Source: Eledone cirrhosa
Lineage: Eukaryota
Assembly: GCA_964016885.1 (NCBI GenBank)
Contig: OZ024741.1
Span: 256,618,001-256,682,000, forward strand
Length of the DNA: 64,000 nucleotides
Direction: 5' to 3'
Position 1 is the stretch's first letter. Every line of letters starts with the position of its first letter. The notes under the pieces are model-generated. The model did no database searches, was not told the origin of the DNA, and saw only the letters and a list, made by a program, of their open reading frames with translations. This document shows, in pieces, positions 61,700 to 64,000 of this stretch. The translations under genes and the position numbers were made by a program.

Positions 61700-64000
61700 T
61701 TACGAGTGTTTCGGCTTATGAGTGTTTCGACTTACAAGTGTTTTGACTTACGGGTGTTTTGACATACGAGTGTTTCGATACGAGTGTTCTGACTGACGAG
61801 TGTTTCCGCTTACGAGTGTTTCGGCTTACGAGTGTTTCGACTTACTAATGTTTTTACTTACGAGTGTTTCGGTGTACGAGTGTTTCGACTTAAGGATGTT
61901 TCGACTTACGAGTGTTTCGACTTACGAGTGTTTCGACTTACGAGTGTTTCGACTTACGAGTGTTTTGGCTTACGAATGTTTTGATTTACGGGTGTTTCGA
62001 CTTACGGGTGTTTCGGCTTACGAGTGTTTCGACTTATGAGTGTTCCGACTTACGAGTGTTTCGGCTTACGAGTGTTTTGACTTACGAATGTTCTGACTAC
62101 GAGTGTTCTGACTTACGAGTGTTTCGACTTACGAGTGTTCTGACTTACGAGTGCACTGACTTACGAGCGTTTCGGCTTACGAGTGTTTCGACTTAAGAGT
62201 GTTCTGACTTACGAGTATTTCGACTTACGAGCGTTCCGACTTACGAGTGTTTCGGCTTACGAGTGTTCCGACTTACGAGTGTTTCGACTTACGAGTGTTC
62301 TGAATTACGAGTGTTCTGACTTACGAGTGTTCTGACTTACGAGTGTTCCGACTTACGAGTGTTTCGACTTACGAGTGTTTCGACTTACGAGTGTTTCGAC
62401 TTACAAATGTTCCGACTTACGAGTGTTTCGACTTACGAGTGTTTCGACTTATGAGTGTTTCGACTTACGAGTGTTTCGACTTACAAATGTTCCGACTTAC
62501 GAGTGTTCTGACTTACGAGTGTTCCGACTTATGAGTGTTTCGACTTACGAGTGTTTTGACTTACGAGTGTTCCGACTTACGAGTGTTTCGGCTTACGGGT
62601 GTTTCGACGTACGAGTATTTTTGGCTTACGAGTGTTTCGACTTACGAGTGTTTTGAATTACGATTGTTTCGGCTTACAAGTGTTTCGACTTACGAGTATT
62701 TCGACTTACGAGTGTTTCGACTTACGAGTGTTCTGACTTACTAGTGTTCTGACTTATGAGTGTTCTGACTTACGAGTGTTCTGACTTACGAGTGTTCCGA
62801 CTTACGAGTGTTTCGGCTTACGAGTGTTTCGACTTACGAGTGTTTCGACTTACGAGTGTTTCGACTTACGAATGTTTCGACTTACGAGTGTTTCGACTTA
62901 CGGTGTTTCGGCTTACGAGTGTTTCGACTTACGAGTGTTTTGACTTACTGGTGTTATGACATACGAGTGTTTCGATACGAGTGTTTCGACTTACGAGTGT
63001 TCTGACTTACGAGTGTTCTGACTTACGAGTGTTCTAACTTACGAGTGTTCTGACTTACGAGTGTTCTGACTTACGCGTGTTCCGACTTACGAGTGTTTCG
63101 GCTCACCAGTGTTTCGGCTTACGAGTGTTTCGACTTACGAAAATAACAAATAGACGCGGTTTCAAATCTCTATGCTTTTCATATTCATTACATTAATCTT
63201 TATTTATACGTTTCGCCTTACGAGTGTTTCGACTTACGAGTGTTTCGACTTACGAGTGTTTCGGCTTACGATTGTTTTGACTTACGAGTGTTTTGACTTA
63301 CGGGTGTTTCGGCTTACGAGTGTTTCGACTTACGAGTGTTTTGACTTACGGGTGTTTTGACATACGAGTGTTTCGATACGAGTGTTCTGACTTACGAGTG
63401 TTCTGACTTACGAGTGTTCTGACATACGTGTGTTCTGACTTACGAGTGTTCCGATTTACGAGTGTTTCGGATTATGAGTGTTTCGACTTACGAATGTTTT
63501 TGCTTACGGGTGTTTCGACTTACGAATGTTTTTGCTTGCGAGTGTTTCGGCTTACGAGTGTTTCGACTTACGAAAATAACAAATAGACGAGGTTTCAAAT
63601 CTCTATGCTTTTCAAATTCATTACATTAATCTTTATTTACACGTTTCGCTTTACGAGTGTTTCGACTTACGATTGTTTCGACTTACGAGTGTTTCGGCTT
63701 ACGATTGTTTTGACTTACGAGTGTTTTGACTTACGGGTGTTTCGGCCTACGAGTGTTTCGACTTACGAGTGTTCTGACTTACGAGTATTCTGACTTACGT
63801 GTGTTTCGGCTTACGAGTGTTTCGACTTACGAGTGTTCTGACTTACGAGTGTTTCGACTTACGAGCGTTCCGACTTACGAGTGTTTCGGCTTACGAGTGT
63901 TCCGACTTACGAGCGTTTTGACTTACGAGTGTTTTGACTTACGGTGTTTCTGCTTACGAGTGTTTCGACTTACGAGTGTTAAGACTTACGGGTGTTTTGA
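61700..64000 (+). repeat. Third, partial and slightly diverged copy of the 5460-bp unit
   Basis: Pairs 48955/61800, 49498/62343 and 50327/63172 (offset 12845), 50759/63605 (offset 12846). Confidence 0.88.

Larger units (their letters stand above)
19695..64000 (+). repeat. 16-bp tandem satellite array, block 3; runs off the window end
   Basis: Same monomer and orientation for 44 kb. The only interruptions seen are the 69-bp linkers; no inversion seen. Confidence 0.99.

Noticed and set aside
146-63793. Hundreds of + strand ORFs encoding (RVFRLTSVSTYECFDL)n-like peptides
   Set aside because: Three consensus monomers (48 nt) read without a stop on the + strand, whereas the - strand has TAA in every monomer. 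The ORFs overlap in all frames, many begin at non-ATG codons, and they end wherever TGA-forming variants occur. They are an artefact, with no evidence of translation.
1-64000. CRISPR array
   Set aside because: The repeats abut directly without unique spacers, the interspersed 69-mer is constant, and there are no cas genes or leader.
1-64000. Telomerase-type long telomeric repeat
   Set aside because: There are no G-runs, the monomers are heterogeneous and propagated in kb-scale blocks, and the array is regularly interrupted. This indicates recombinational amplification. A subtelomeric location is not excluded.

Overview
The window is almost entirely one uninterrupted-orientation eukaryotic-type satellite array built on a 16-bp monomer (consensus GAGTGTTTCGACTTAC). 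It has about 3,500 copies by length estimate and many stereotyped single-base and short-indel variants. The array is punctuated about 63 times (hand count) by one conserved 69-bp AT-rich linker, inserted at the same phase of the monomer at irregular spacings of roughly 0.3-2.7 kb. It is also interrupted twice (7181-7915, 18958-19694) by a nearly identical ~735-bp non-satellite island carrying a strong hairpin and Helitron-like termini and internal repeats. Monomer variants and linker subtypes reveal nested higher-order duplications (about 1.5, 1.7, 1.8, 2.0, 3.5, 3.8, 5.46 and 12-14 kb). I find no credible protein-coding gene, RNA gene or CRISPR array. The ORF track is an artefact of a monomer with no stop codon on the + strand. 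The most interesting hypothesis, which is inference and needs database tests, is that the satellite plus linker is an amplified pogo/Tigger-like transposon end. Coordinates of duplication boundaries are approximate and read by eye.
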